Shown: positions 20,854 to 32,089, counted from the first letter of the stretch. The stretch is 64,000 nt of DNA from an uncultured Solirubrobacteraceae bacterium (GCA_963797105.1 CAWCOB010000001.1:200270-264269), one strand, 5' to 3'. Notes: generated by a model not told the origin, from the letters alone. Numbers and translations are program-made.

Positions 20854-22325
20854 GCTTCCTGCCGTTCGCGCTCTCGCTTTCGAGCACGTTCACCAAGATC
20901 GGCGCGATCGCGGCGTTCGCCGCACTGATGGGCATCGCGATCCTGTCGCTGTTGGTCTTCTCCCAGGCGCGCGAGCTCAAGCGCCTGCGCGAGTGGGCCG
21001 GCCGCGCGCCCGAGCGCGCCGCCGACCTCGAGCAGCGCGTGAGCTCCGCGGCGGCCGTCCGCGTACAGCAGCAGCCGCCCGCCGCCCAGATGGCGCGTCC
21101 GGTCGCGCGTGCCGCGCCGATCCCGGCGGCAGCAGCCGCGTCCGCCACGCGGGTCCTCGGCGAGCCCGTCGCGCCGGCCGGCGTGCCCGTGCCCGTCGCG
21201 CAGGCGCCGGCCGCCGGGGTGGCAGCCGGCACGCCGGCGATCCCGGCGCCGGGTGCTCCCACGCCGCCGCCGGGCGCGCAGCCCGCGACCCCGCCGGGTG
21301 GCGCCCCGAGCGCCGCACCGCCGGTGCCGGGCCAGCCTCCCGCCACCGTCGCCGCACCGCCGGGCCAACCGCCCATGCCGGCACAGCCGACGCCGGCCGT
21401 GACGCGCTCGCCGGTGCCCGTCCAGCCGTCCGCCGGCAACGGTCCGCCGGCGTCGGCGCCGCCGCTGGGCGCACCGACGCCGCCCGCGCGGCCGCTGCCG
21501 GGCGCACCCATGCCGACGGCACCGGACCCGCGTTCGCCGATGCCCGCCCCGGCGCCCGCCCCGGCGACGGCGGCTGCCAGCGCCGCGGCCTCCCGTGCTC
21601 CGATCGCACCCGCGCCCGCGCCGCCGAGCACGCCCGCGGCGGCGACACCCGCGGGGCAGCTCGCACAGGACGCCGCCGCGCCGCGCCGTCCGGCGCCGCC
21701 AGTGGGCCGAGCGCCCGGAACGCCGGTGGCCGCGCAGGCAGCCGACCCGCGCACGTCGCGCCAGAGCATCCCGCCGCCGCTGGAGGGAAGGTCGATCTAC
21801 GCCGCCAAGCGCTCGCGTGGAAGAGCTGTCGCGCTGATGGTGGTCGGTGTCGTCGTCGTGGCCGCCGCGGTCGCCGTCGTGCTGACGTCGCTCGGCGGCT
21901 CGTCGAGTCCCAAGCACGCGAGCACCACGACGACCACCGCCGGCCGCGGCGCCACCCCCAAGGGACACGCCGTGCACAAAGCCGCCAAACCGGCGCCGAA
22001 GACCCCTGCGCTCAGCCCGGCCGAAACGAACGTGGCGGTGCTCAACGCCACGGAAGCCGAAGGCCTCGCGTCCCGAACCGCGAGCGCTCTGCAGCAGAAC
22101 GGCTACTCGCAGGCGGCGGCGCATTTCGGGAAACCCCCCGGCTCCGGGCAGGTCAGCGTGGTCGAGTACGCGAGCGGCCATCAGGCCGAAGCGGAAGGCG
22201 TTGCCCACTCGCTTTCGGTGTCCCACGTGCTGCCGATCGAAGCGGCCGTCACCGCGCTCGCAGGGTCCGCGGGCGTGGTCGTGATCGTCGGGTCCGACAG
22301 GGAACACGAAACGTCGAGCCCATAG
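20850..22325 (+). CDS. Membrane protein with long Pro/Ala-rich linker and LytR C-terminal domain
   Basis: Two TMs flanking a P/A-rich region; VAVLNATEAEGLA...VVVIVGSD. Confidence 0.8.
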   Translation: MSFLPFALSLSSTFTKIGAIAAFAALMGIAILSLLVFSQARELKRLREWAGRAPERAADLEQRVSSAAAVRVQQQPPAAQMARPVARAAPIPAAAAASATRVLGEPVAPAGVPVPVAQAPAAGVAAGTPAIPAPGAPTPPPGAQPATPPGGAPSAAPPVPGQPPATVAAPPGQPPMPAQPTPAVTRSPVPVQPSAGNGPPASAPPLGAPTPPARPLPGAPMPTAPDPRSPMPAPAPAPATAAASAAASRAPIAPAPAPPSTPAAATPAGQLAQDAAAPRRPAPPVGRAPGTPVAAQAADPRTSRQSIPPPLEGRSIYAAKRSRGRAVALMVVGVVVVAAAVAVVLTSLGGSSSPKHASTTTTTAGRGATPKGHAVHKAAKPAPKTPALSPAETNVAVLNATEAEGLASRTASALQQNGYSQAAAHFGKPPGSGQVSVVEYASGHQAEAEGVAHSLSVSHVLPIEAAVTALAGSAGVVVIVGSDREHETSSP

Positions 22326-23089
22326 CCGGCTTCCTCGACATCCCGGCGCGGTCGGTCAAGCCTCGCGAGTGCGGCATCACACATGTCATCGACAGGGGTC
22401 TGTCGGTCGCCGAGGCGGCCGGGATGCTCGAGGTCGCCGGTGACAGCGTCGACATCGTCAAGCTCGGCTGGGGCACCGCCGTCGTCACCGCGAACCTCAA
22501 GCCGAAGCTCGAGCTGTTCGCCGAGCGCGGCATCCCGGTGGTGCTGGGCGGCACGCTGACCGAGGTGGCGATCCGCCAGGGACGGGTGGATGGCCTGATC
22601 GCGTGGCTGCGCGAGCTGGGCCTGCGTCACGTCGAGATCTCGGACGGCACGATCACGCTCGACGCCGACGTCAAGCGTGAGCTGATCCAGCGCCTCTCGC
22701 GCGAGTTCACGGTGCTCGCGGAGGTCGGCAGCAAGGACGCGGACTTCATCATGGCGCCGTACATCTGGGTCGAGCAGATCGAACGCGACCTCGCGGCGGG
22801 GGCGTGGAAGGTGATCGCGGAGTCGCGCGAGTCGGGCACCGCCGGCATCTACCGCGCGGACGGCGAGGTGCGCACCGGGCTGATCGACGAGATCGCGCAC
22901 GCGATCGACCCCGAGCTGCTGATCTTCGACGCACCGCTTCAGCGCCAGCAGGTGTGGCTGTTGAAGCGCTTCGGCACCGAGTGCAACCTCGGCAACATCG
23001 CGCCGGCCGACGTGCTCTCGCTCGAGACGCTGCGGCTCGGGCTGCGCTCGGACACGGTCAAGCGCTTCGCGCTGGGCGGCTGGGATTGA
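22322..23089 (+). CDS. comA: Phosphosulfolactate synthase (start uncertain)
   Basis: KPRECGITHVIDRG, VKLGWGT, GGTLTE, EISDG, EVGSK, ESRESG, NLGNI, LETLRLGLRSDT. Confidence 0.9.
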   Translation: MAGFLDIPARSVKPRECGITHVIDRGLSVAEAAGMLEVAGDSVDIVKLGWGTAVVTANLKPKLELFAERGIPVVLGGTLTEVAIRQGRVDGLIAWLRELGLRHVEISDGTITLDADVKRELIQRLSREFTVLAEVGSKDADFIMAPYIWVEQIERDLAAGAWKVIAESRESGTAGIYRADGEVRTGLIDEIAHAIDPELLIFDAPLQRQQVWLLKRFGTECNLGNIAPADVLSLETLRLGLRSDTVKRFALGGWD

Positions 23090-23106
23090 CCGAGGCGGAC
23101 GCCGGG

Positions 23107-23628
23107 GTGAGCGACCGGCACGACCGCGGGGGGGGTGGGCCAGGAGCCGCGCCTGGCAGCGAGCCGCTTGCTCGAGGCGTGTTCGTCTTGCTGGTGGTCG
23201 CGTGCTTCGCCGCGTTCCTGATCACGCAGCGGCTCAAGCACACGCCGACGGCCGTGCACCGCTACACGCTCGCGTCCGCGTTCTCCCCGTATCCCGGCCA
23301 GCGGTCGAAACTGGAGGCGATCGCATTCGAGCTCGCCAACACCGAAGCGGTGACGGTGACGATCGTCGACGGCGACGGCAACACCGTCGCCACGCTCCTG
23401 CGCAACTACCCGCTGGTGCGCTACAAACAGTTCTCGCTGCGCTGGAACGGGCACCGCGGCACCGCACTCCATTACGGCCATGCCGTGACGCCTGACGGCC
23501 GCAGGATCCTGGTGGCCGAGCCGTCGGGCCCGATTGCGGCGCCGGGCGAATATCGCGTCGGCGTCGCCCTGCACGGCCGCGGTCAGCAGGTGCTGCTGCC
23601 GCGCAGCTTCTCGCTGGTGAAGCCGTGA
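23107..23628 (+). CDS. TM-anchored protein with FlgD-Ig-like domain
   Basis: TM then VTVTIVDGDGNTVATL...LRWNG...PGEYRV. Confidence 0.65.
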   Translation: MSDRHDRGGGGPGAAPGSEPLARGVFVLLVVACFAAFLITQRLKHTPTAVHRYTLASAFSPYPGQRSKLEAIAFELANTEAVTVTIVDGDGNTVATLLRNYPLVRYKQFSLRWNGHRGTALHYGHAVTPDGRRILVAEPSGPIAAPGEYRVGVALHGRGQQVLLPRSFSLVKP

Positions 23629-25172
23629 GCGCGTCGCTCGCACGGCTCGCGACCAGCCTGCCGAGCACGGGCGTGATCGCTGTAGGACTCGTCGGTGCGC
23701 TCGTCGTGATCGCGGCGCTCGCGCTCGCGATGCGCCGTCACCGCGAGGCGTTCCCGCTGCTGGCCGTGTTCGCGCTCCCGTTCAGGCTGCCGATCACCGC
23801 GGACGGCAGGACCGTGAACCTGCTTGTGCCGCTGTACCTGGTCGTCGCGGCCGGGACCCTGGTGCACCTCGTGCCGCTGCTGGCTCGCTCGCGTGCCCGC
23901 GGCGAGGGCGCCGGGACGGGCGCCGCCGGTGCCGACTCCTTGCCGGCACCCGCCGGTCCCGATGCGCGCTTCTCGCCGTCCAGGCCGGGCTCGTGGGCGA
24001 CGCCGCGCGGCGTGGAATGGCTGCTGGCGATCGCGGTCGGCCTGTACGCCGTGCAGACCCTGTACTCGGGCGACCGGGCGAAGGCGGCTGAGAACATCGC
24101 CTTCTTCTACGTGCCGTTCGCGCTGCTGTTCCTGATCCTGCGCGACGTTCGCTGGACGCGCGAGCTGCTGCAGCGCTGCCTCGGCGTCGCGGTCGCGCTC
24201 GCGGTGCTGTTCGCGGGGGTCGGCTTCGTCGAGTACTACCGCAAGTCGCTGTTCCTGAACCCGAAGGTGGTCGCGGCGGACCAGTACGACAACTACTTCC
24301 GCGTCAACTCTGTGTTCTTCGACCCCAGCATCTACGGGCGCTTCCTGGCGCTGGTGATGATCGCGGTGATGACGGTCGTGCTCGCGGGACGGCTCCCGGC
24401 TGCATACGCGCCAGCTGGCACCGCGGATGCAGCCGGCCCTCCACGACGTCGTGAGCGCCGTCGCGAGACGCTCGCCGGGGCGGCGGTGCTCGCGTGGCTG
24501 CTCGCGGGCCTCGTGACGAGCTTCTCGCAGTCGAGCATCGCCGCGCTGCTTCTGGGGCTCGCGTTGCTCGCCGCGTGGTGCTGGGGCGTGCGCGCGGCCG
24601 CGTACGTGGCGGGCGCCCTGCTGGCGCTCGCCGTGGCGGTCGTGCTGCTGGCGCCCGCGAGCTTGCACTTCGGCCTGAAGGGCTCCAGCGGCTCGGCCAG
24701 CAACGCGACCAGTGGGCGCACGACGCTGATCTCCGGAGGTCTCGACCTGTTCGCGGCGCGTCCGCTCGAGGGCTACGGCTCGGGGTCGTTCGAAAGCGAG
24801 TACAAACGGCAGAGCAAGGCGTCGACGGCGAGCGCCGCGAACGCGACCTCGGCCTCGCACACGATCCCGATAACGATCGCCGCCGAGCAGGGGATCGTCG
24901 GTCTGGCCGTGTACGTCGCGCTGCTCGTGTCGGCGTTCGCGGTGCTGTTCCGCGATGCCGGACGCTCGCCGGCGCGGGTCGCGGTCGCGGCCGCGTTCGC
25001 GGCGCTCGTGCTGCACACGTGGGTGTACGCGGACTTCCTCGAGGACCCGTTCACGTGGACGCTGCTGGCCCTAGGCGTCGCCCTCGCGCGCCAACGGGCG
25101 ACGAGCTCCTCGGGCTCCGCCGAGGCGGATCCAGCCGTGGGTGCGGCGGTCGCGCCGGCCAGTAGCGTCTGA
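23625..25172 (+). CDS. O-antigen ligase/Wzy_C-family membrane protein
   Basis: Multi-TM; FFDPSIYG, PLEGYGSGSF, SHTIPITIAAEQGIVG. Confidence 0.85.
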   Translation: MSASLARLATSLPSTGVIAVGLVGALVVIAALALAMRRHREAFPLLAVFALPFRLPITADGRTVNLLVPLYLVVAAGTLVHLVPLLARSRARGEGAGTGAAGADSLPAPAGPDARFSPSRPGSWATPRGVEWLLAIAVGLYAVQTLYSGDRAKAAENIAFFYVPFALLFLILRDVRWTRELLQRCLGVAVALAVLFAGVGFVEYYRKSLFLNPKVVAADQYDNYFRVNSVFFDPSIYGRFLALVMIAVMTVVLAGRLPAAYAPAGTADAAGPPRRRERRRETLAGAAVLAWLLAGLVTSFSQSSIAALLLGLALLAAWCWGVRAAAYVAGALLALAVAVVLLAPASLHFGLKGSSGSASNATSGRTTLISGGLDLFAARPLEGYGSGSFESEYKRQSKASTASAANATSASHTIPITIAAEQGIVGLAVYVALLVSAFAVLFRDAGRSPARVAVAAAFAALVLHTWVYADFLEDPFTWTLLALGVALARQRATSSSGSAEADPAVGAAVAPASSV

Positions 25173-25175
25173 GCC

Positions 25176-26705
25176 GTGCGCGGCTACCTCAAGCGCCTGG
25201 TCACGACCGGCGCGGCCTACCAATTCGGGGACATCCTCGCGAAGGGCTTCGCGCTGCTGACGGTGCCGCTGTATACGCGCCACCTCGACCCGAAGGCTTA
25301 CGGCGCCGCGGAAACGCTCTTGACCGCGGTGATCCTCTTCAGCATCCTCGCCCGCGCGGGGATCGGCGAAGCGTTCATCCGCTTCTACTTCGACGACGAG
25401 GACACCGAGCGGCGCGAGCGGATCGCACGCACGGCAACCGCGGCCGTAGCGTGGACGACGACGCTCGCCTCGCTGCTCGCATTGCTGTTCGCCGGGCCAC
25501 TCTCGCGCCTGGTGCTGAAATTCGACGACCCGCTGCTTTTCGACTGCGCCGTGCTCGGCCTGTGGGCCTTCACCAACCTGGAGATGGTCTACGCCCAGCT
25601 CCGAGTGGACGAACGCAAGCGCGCGTACGTGTACGCGTCGGGGGCGAACGTGGCGATGACCGTCGCGTTCACGGTGTTCCTGGTCGTGTTCGCCAACCAG
25701 GGCGCACGCGGCCTCTTGCTCGGCAACTTCGCGGCATCCGCCGTCGTGGTGCTCGGCCTCTGGTGGGTACTGCGTAAGCGTGTCTCGTTGAACGTGAGGA
25801 TCGCCGATCTGCGCGCGATGCTGCGCTTCGGGCTGCCGACCGTCCCCGCGGACGCGAGCGTCTACGCGCTGCAGGTGGCCGACCGCTTCTACCTGTTCAG
25901 GATCTTCTCTCAGGAAGCCGCCGGTCGGTACGCGATCGCGATCAAGCTCGCCACCGTCGTGTTCGTCGCGGTGCGCGGCTTCCAGTACGCGTGGCCGCCG
26001 CTGGCGTACTCGATCGAGGACGACGAGCAGGCAGCGCGGCTCTACTCGTTGGTGACCACCTACTACGCGCTGGCCACCGGCGTCGTCGTCTGTGCTGTGG
26101 CGCTGCTCGGACGCTGGATGGTGCGGCTGCTGGCAGCGCACCAGTACTTCGGCGCATACCGCGCGCTGCCGTGGCTGGCGCTCGGGTGGGCCCTATACGG
26201 CCTGTATCTCGTGTTCGTAGCCATCTCCGGCCGCGCGCGCGTCACCTCACGCAACTTTCCCGCGGGCGCGACCGGCCTCGCCGTGAACGTCGTCCTGCTG
26301 CTCCTGCTCGTACCTCGCCGCGGCGCCGATCTGGGGATCGCCGGTGCCGGCATTGCGCTGTGCGGCGCCTACGTGGCGATGCTGCTCGTCATGTACCTGC
26401 TTACGCGCGGCCTGTTCAAGGTTGGCTTCGAATGGCTGCGCCTCGTCAAGCTCGTCACGATCCTCGCGGGCGTAGCCGTCGCCGGGGATCTGCTGCTGCC
26501 CTCGCACGGCCTCGCCGGCCTCGCGGTGCGCGTCGCGTGGCTTGCGCTCGTGCCGGCCGCGCTGCTGCTCACGCGCTTCTTCCACCCCCACGAGCGCGCG
26601 CAGGCGAGAGCGCTCGTCGCCGATGCGCGTCGGCGCGTGCGGGCCTTTCGCGCCGGACACGGCGACCTCGAGGCCTACGCGGAGGACCCGCTCAAGGATG
26701 TGTGA
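25176..26705 (+). CDS. Wzx-type oligosaccharide flippase
   Basis: Multi-TM; PLYTRHLDPKAYG, MLRFGLP, ADRFYL. Confidence 0.88.
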   Translation: MRGYLKRLVTTGAAYQFGDILAKGFALLTVPLYTRHLDPKAYGAAETLLTAVILFSILARAGIGEAFIRFYFDDEDTERRERIARTATAAVAWTTTLASLLALLFAGPLSRLVLKFDDPLLFDCAVLGLWAFTNLEMVYAQLRVDERKRAYVYASGANVAMTVAFTVFLVVFANQGARGLLLGNFAASAVVVLGLWWVLRKRVSLNVRIADLRAMLRFGLPTVPADASVYALQVADRFYLFRIFSQEAAGRYAIAIKLATVVFVAVRGFQYAWPPLAYSIEDDEQAARLYSLVTTYYALATGVVVCAVALLGRWMVRLLAAHQYFGAYRALPWLALGWALYGLYLVFVAISGRARVTSRNFPAGATGLAVNVVLLLLLVPRRGADLGIAGAGIALCGAYVAMLLVMYLLTRGLFKVGFEWLRLVKLVTILAGVAVAGDLLLPSHGLAGLAVRVAWLALVPAALLLTRFFHPHERAQARALVADARRRVRAFRAGHGDLEAYAEDPLKDV

Positions 26706-26787
26706 TTGCTCGACCGCTTGGCCGGGTGTCTAGTCGGCCGATTATTGGCTCAAGAACGCGACATTTACAGCCGATGCCTGGCCTGTC

Positions 26788-27979
26788 GTGCAGGAACTGA
26801 CCGTCAAGCCATCATCCCGCGCGGGTGCCAAGGAGCGCCGGCGCCGCGCGGAGGCTCTCAGCCGCCACCGCGCCGATGCGCGCGTGAAGAGCCTCGCGCA
26901 GGCGGGCGAGCTCGCCTACGTGCGCGAGCAGCTGCGCCTCGCCGCGAGGCTGACCGCGGAGCTTGCCACCAAGAGCGACGTCTCCGAGATGGCGCAGCTG
27001 GTCGTCGACGAGCTGCACGAGACGTTCGCGTTCTATCTCGCGGCGATCCAGCGTCTGGACGAGGACAACGTGCTGCGCCTGGTCGCCGGACGCGGGCCGC
27101 TGGCGGAGGTGATGACCGAGTTCCTGCTCACCGAGCAGCCCGCGTCGCAGGGCGTCAACGGCAAGGTCGCTCGCTCCGGCCAGACCGCACCTGATACCGG
27201 ACACCCGCGAGGACCCCGACTACATCGTCCGCGACCCGAAGACCGACCCGCTGTCAGAGCTGGCGGTGCCGGTGCTCGTGGACGGGGAAGTGTGGGGCGT
27301 GCTGAACATCGAGGCGACCGACGCCGGCGCCCTCACCGAGGCCGACGCGGTGCTCGTCGAGGCGATCGCGACGAGCTTCGGCGTGGCGGTGCATCGCGCG
27401 CAGCTCGTCGCCGATCTCGAGGGCGCGTTCACGACGACGCTGGCCGCGCTGACGAGCACGGTCGAGGCCAAGGACGACTACACCGCCTGCCACGGCGAGG
27501 ACGTCGCCGTGCTCGCCGAGCGCGTCGCGCTGCGCATGTCGCTGTCGAGCCCCCAGGCGCGCGACGTTCGCTACGCGGCGATGCTGCACGACCTCGGCAA
27601 GGTCGCGGTGCCGAGCGAGATCCTGCTGAAGCCGGGACCGCTGACCGACGAGGAGTGGGTGACGATGCGCAGCCACGCCGCGATCGGCGGCGAGCTCGTC
27701 GCGCGCATCGACGCCTTCGCGCACCTTGCCCCGGCGGTGCGCGCGAGCCACGAGCGCTGGGACGGCGGCGGCTACCCGGATGGGCTGGCCGGCGACGCGA
27801 TCCCGCTCGCCGCGCGCATCATCGCCGCGTGCGACACCTATGACGCGATCGTGACCGACCGCCCCTACCGCCCCGCGCGCACCCCTCAGGAGGCGTGCGA
27901 GGAGCTGGGCAGGGTCGCGGGCGCACAGCTCGACGCAGACGTCGTCGACGCGCTCGTGGCGGAGCTCGCCGAGGCTTGA
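26788..27979 (+). CDS. GAF + HD-GYP phosphodiesterase (frameshift near 27190)
   Basis: GAF (GVNGKVARSG, ELAVPV, WGVLNIE); EAKD, LHDLGK, HERWDGGGYP. Confidence 0.88.
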
Positions 27980-28048
27980 GCGACGCGGACGCGGACGCGG
28001 TGCTCTCGTTGACGATCGACTGAGCCGGGCACGATGCGCCCGGGGCGC

Positions 28049-28981
28049 TCACGGCCGCGCGTTGTACTCCGCGGCCGCCTCGCGCAGCCCCTCGCCGCGG
28101 TCCGGGTGAAGCGCGGCCGCGACGTGCAGGCGGTAGCGCCTCGGGTCGTGCCCGGGCAGGGCCAGCGCGGCGAGCGCGCGCAGCGCGTAGCTCCACGCGG
28201 TCAGCCAGCGCACGGCGCGCGCCTGCCAGGCGGCGTGGTGCTTGCGCATGTACATGTCGCGTCCGCGCGCCAGTTCGACGATCCGCCGCTCAGGCAGCGC
28301 GCCGGTCGCAAGCTGCTCGTGGTGCACGGCCACGGCCTGCGGCACGTACACGCTGCGCCAGCCCGCGTCGCGCAGTCGCCGCGCGAAGTCGACCTCGTCT
28401 GAGTACACGAAGAAGTCCGGGTCCAGGTAGCCCACCTGCGCGGCCGCCTCGCGGCGCACGAGCAGCGCCGAGGACTGGCACCAGTCGACCTCGCGGATCA
28501 GGGTGCCTCGGCTCTGCACGGTGTAGAGCCGGTGCAGCATCAGCGCGCCCGCGAACGCTGTCGCGAGCGTGGGGAAGCGCCAGGCGCACGCCTGCGCGCG
28601 CCCGTCGGGGCGCAGCAGCTGCGCGCCCGCGCACGCCGCCCGCGGCCGCTCCCGCAGCGCCTGCCACAGCGCGAGCGTCGCGCCGGGGCGCAGCTCGGAG
28701 TCCTCGTTGAGCAGCAACGCATAGCGCCCGCGCGCGCGGCGCAGCAGCTCCGAGTCGTTGAGAGCCTTGCCGCGGCGCTCGTCGAGCGCGATCGTCTCGT
28801 CGACCGCCGGGTGCTCGCGCGCAGCCTGCGCGGAGCCGTCGCGCGAGCCGTTGTCGAGCACCAGCACCTCGGTGGCGAACGGCAGGGACCTGCGATCGAG
28901 CGCGATCACGTCCAGACCCCGCATCAGCAGCTCCCGCTGCGAGGTGTTCACGACGCAGTAGGTCAGCTCGATCTCGGACAC
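28049..28981 (-). CDS. Glycosyltransferase family 2 (WbbL-like)
   Basis: VLDNGSRDG, LLNEDS, FFVYSDEVDF. Confidence 0.9.
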   Translation of the reverse strand: MSEIELTYCVVNTSQRELLMRGLDVIALDRRSLPFATEVLVLDNGSRDGSAQAAREHPAVDETIALDERRGKALNDSELLRRARGRYALLLNEDSELRPGATLALWQALRERPRAACAGAQLLRPDGRAQACAWRFPTLATAFAGALMLHRLYTVQSRGTLIREVDWCQSSALLVRREAAAQVGYLDPDFFVYSDEVDFARRLRDAGWRSVYVPQAVAVHHEQLATGALPERRIVELARGRDMYMRKHHAAWQARAVRWLTAWSYALRALAALALPGHDPRRYRLHVAAALHPDRGEGLREAAAEYNARP

Positions 28982-29023
28982 AGCGAGACCCTACTTTCAA
29001 GCGCGCGCCTACCCGGCGGGTGC

Positions 29024-29341
29024 CTACCTGCCGGTCGTACGGTGCATCGTCCCGCGTGTGTGACCGCGGCTCCCCCGACCGGTGCTCGTGCCGCCGCCGG
29101 CGTTGCCGCGGGCCGGAGGCGGCGTGCGACGGATGAGCAGCCGCAGCGTGTGATCGTCCGGGCTCTCCTCGGCGCGCTCGCTCAGCGCATCGGGATGGAC
29201 CGTCCGCATCAGCGGGCCGCGAGCGCGATCGACGATCGCCACGATGACCTTGGATCTGCTCGGCACATCGAAGACGATCCCGTCGAGATCGGGCCCGCCC
29301 ACCGCGACCTTGACAAGCCCGCCAACGCTCACCGCATCCAT
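29024..29341 (-). CDS. Hypothetical protein
   Basis: Plausible globular ORF (LDGIVFDVPSRSKVIVAIVD) filling the gap. Confidence 0.6.
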   Translation of the reverse strand: MDAVSVGGLVKVAVGGPDLDGIVFDVPSRSKVIVAIVDRARGPLMRTVHPDALSERAEESPDDHTLRLLIRRTPPPARGNAGGGTSTGRGSRGHTRGTMHRTTGR

Positions 29342-29426
29342 CGTCACAGCGTACTCGGCCGCGCGCGCTCGGCCGGGCAGGGCCGCCGCGGACGCTTGCG
29401 ACGGCCGCCGCGCATAACCTCTAGCC

Positions 29427-30885
29427 ATGCAAGCGCTCCAGGAGTTGCGCGAACGGATGGCCGAGCTATCCGATCTCGGCGCCGTCCAGATGCTCGCCGG
29501 CTGGGATCAGCTGGTGATGATGCCCGCCGCCGGCGCGTCGTCGCGCGCGCACCAGCTTGGAACGCTCGCGCGCCTCGCCCACGAGCGCTCCACCGGCGCG
29601 GAGATCGGCGAGTGGCTCGAGCAGATCGATGCCGCGGCAGCGGACCTCGACGAGCTCGATCGCGACCTCGTGCGCGTCGCGCGCCGCGACTGGGAGCGCG
29701 CGCGGCGCGTGCCCGACGAGCTCGCGGTCGAACGCGCCCGTGCCGAGGCCGACGGGCAGGAGAGCTGGCAGCTGGCGCGGGCTAACGATGACTTCGCGGC
29801 GTTCATCCCGGCGCTGGAGCGCAACGTCGAGCTTGCGCGCGCCTACGGCGAGTGCGTGGCGCAGGACGGCGAGAGCCGCTACGAGGGGCTGCTCGAGCGA
29901 CTTCGACTTCGGGCTGCGCACGCAGGAGCTGCGGAGGGTGTTCAGCGCGCTCGCGCGGGAACTGCCGCCGCTGGCCGCCGAGGCCAGCGCGCTGTCGCCG
30001 CCTCGCACGCTCGAGGTGCCGGTCGCCGCGCAGCAGGCGGCCGTGGCTGGCACGCTGCGACGTCTGGGGGTCGACGAGGCGAGCTGGCGCGTGGACGTCT
30101 CCACACACCCGTTCACCGCGTGGGTCGGCCAGGGCGACTCGCGCGTGACGACCCGCTACAGCGACGGCGACGTCGAGTCGCTGCTCAGCTCGCTGCACGA
30201 GTACGGCCACGCGCTGTACGAGCGCCAGATCGACCCCGCGCTCGACCGCACGAACCTCGGTACCGGCACGTCGATGTCGATCCACGAGTCCCAGAGCAAG
30301 CTGTGGGAGAACCACGTCGCGCGCAGCCCCGCGTTCGCGGAGGTGCTTGCGGCGGAGCTGGGCGCGGGCGGCTTCTCCGTATCCGCCGCCGACCTGCACG
30401 CGACGCTCGTCGGCGTCGAGCCCTCGCTCGTGCGCGTGTCCGCGGATCCGCTCACCTATCCGCTGCACATCGTCGTGCGCTTCGAGCTTGAGCTGGCGCT
30501 GATCGAAGGCGATCTGGCGGTGGCGGACCTGCCCGCCGCGTGGCGCGAGCAGATGCGGCGCCTGCTCGGCGTCGAGGTCCCCTCCGACGCGCTCGGCTGC
30601 CTGCAGGACGTGCACTGGGGCGCCGGCGCGTTCGGCTACTTCCCCAGCTACGCGCTCGGCTGTCTGATCGCCGCGCAGCTGTGGGAGGCGATGGAGGCCG
30701 AGATCGGGCCGCGCGAGGACGAGCTGCGCCGGGGCGAGGTCGAGCCGATCCAGCGCTGGCTCGCCGAGCACGTGCACCGCTTCGGTCGCCGTCTCGACAC
30801 GATGCCCCTCGTCGAGCGCGCCACCGGGCGCACGCTGGAGATCGAGCCGTTTCTGCGCTACGTGGCGCCGCTCGCGGGACGTTGA
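29427..30885 (+). CDS. Carboxypeptidase M32 (frameshift near 29895)
   Basis: HPF, LHEYGHALYE, IHESQS, GCLQDVHW, GYFPSYALG. Confidence 0.93.
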
Positions 30886-30908
30886 GCGGCCGGCCTGCCG
30901 CAGGGCCG

Positions 30909-32039
30909 ATGCGCGTCCACGTCGTCGACCCCTCGGCTTACACGCCGCCGTACGACCACGCGCTCTGCAGTGCGCTGGCTGCGGCTGGAGCGAACGTCGA
31001 GCTGTACACGAGCCACTTCGCCCACGGCCCGGTGGCCGCACCCGGGGGCTACGCGCGCCGCGAGCTTTTCTACGGTCTCGCCGCCCGTGTCCCCGGCGCT
31101 CGTGCCCGCCGTGCGGGCAAGCTCGTCGAGCACGTGCCCGACATGCTGAGCTACCGCCGCGCGGCGCGGGCGGCGGATGTCGTGCACTTTCAGTGGCTGA
31201 CCGTGCAGCACATCGACGGGCATCTGCTGCCGGAGGGTCGTCCGCTGGTCCTGACGGCGCACGACGTGCTGCCGCGCGAGGCCAAGCCGGGCCAGCGTGT
31301 CGCGCAGCGGCGGCTGTACGGGCACTTCGACGCGATCGTGGCGCATTCTGAGCACGGTCGGCGGCGCCTGACGGACGAACTGGGTGTCGATCCAGCGCGT
31401 GTGCACGTGATCCCGCACGGGGTGTTCGAGCACCTCACGGTGGGCCCCGCTCCCCGCGCGGACGACGACGAGTCCTTCCTCGACGCCGCGCGCGAGGCAG
31501 CGCCGTTCGAGACCGACAAGCCCGTCGTCCTGTGCTTCGGATTGATGCGCCCGTACAAGGGCATCGACCTGCTGCTGGAGGCGTGGCGCGGCATCGAGGA
31601 CGCGGAGCTGTGGATCGCGGGAGCACCGCGCATGGACATCTCGGCGCTGCGCGCCGCGGCCCCCCCCGGCGTGCGCTTCGTGCCGCGCTTCATCGGCGAC
31701 GACGAGCTGCCCGCGTTCTTCCGCCGCGCCGACCTCGTCGTGCTGCCGTATCGCGAGATCGACCAGTCGGGCGTGCTGTTCACGGCGCTCGCGTTCGGCA
31801 AGCCGCTGCTGCTGAGCGACGTCGGCGGCTTCCCCGAGATCGCCGCTACGGGCGCAGCGCGCACGTTCCCCGCGGGTGACGCCGACGCGCTGCACGACGC
31901 GCTGCACGACCTACTCGGCGACGAGAGCGTTCGGACCCAGCTGGCGGCGCGCGCGCGCGAGCTTGCGCATGGCGAGTACTCGTGGAATGCCGTCGCGCGG
32001 CGCACGATCGCGTTGTACGAGCAGCTGTTGGCGGGCTGA
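30909..32039 (+). CDS. Glycosyltransferase family 4
   Basis: FGLMRPYKGIDLL, LPYREIDQSGV, SDVGGFPE. Confidence 0.9.
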   Translation: MRVHVVDPSAYTPPYDHALCSALAAAGANVELYTSHFAHGPVAAPGGYARRELFYGLAARVPGARARRAGKLVEHVPDMLSYRRAARAADVVHFQWLTVQHIDGHLLPEGRPLVLTAHDVLPREAKPGQRVAQRRLYGHFDAIVAHSEHGRRRLTDELGVDPARVHVIPHGVFEHLTVGPAPRADDDESFLDAAREAAPFETDKPVVLCFGLMRPYKGIDLLLEAWRGIEDAELWIAGAPRMDISALRAAAPPGVRFVPRFIGDDELPAFFRRADLVVLPYREIDQSGVLFTALAFGKPLLLSDVGGFPEIAATGAARTFPAGDADALHDALHDLLGDESVRTQLAARARELAHGEYSWNAVARRTIALYEQLLAG

Positions 32040-32089
32040 GTAGCAGCACGAACCAGGTATCGCGCGCTCGCTCAGCGAGAATCACGCTA

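Noticed and set aside
20571-23089. Long overlapping ORFs (578, 766, 401 aa), and similar ones such as 39188-41731 and 45845-48916
   Set aside because: Arg/Ala/Pro-rich shadow frames typical of high-GC DNA; only the segments matching comA or TrmH are real.
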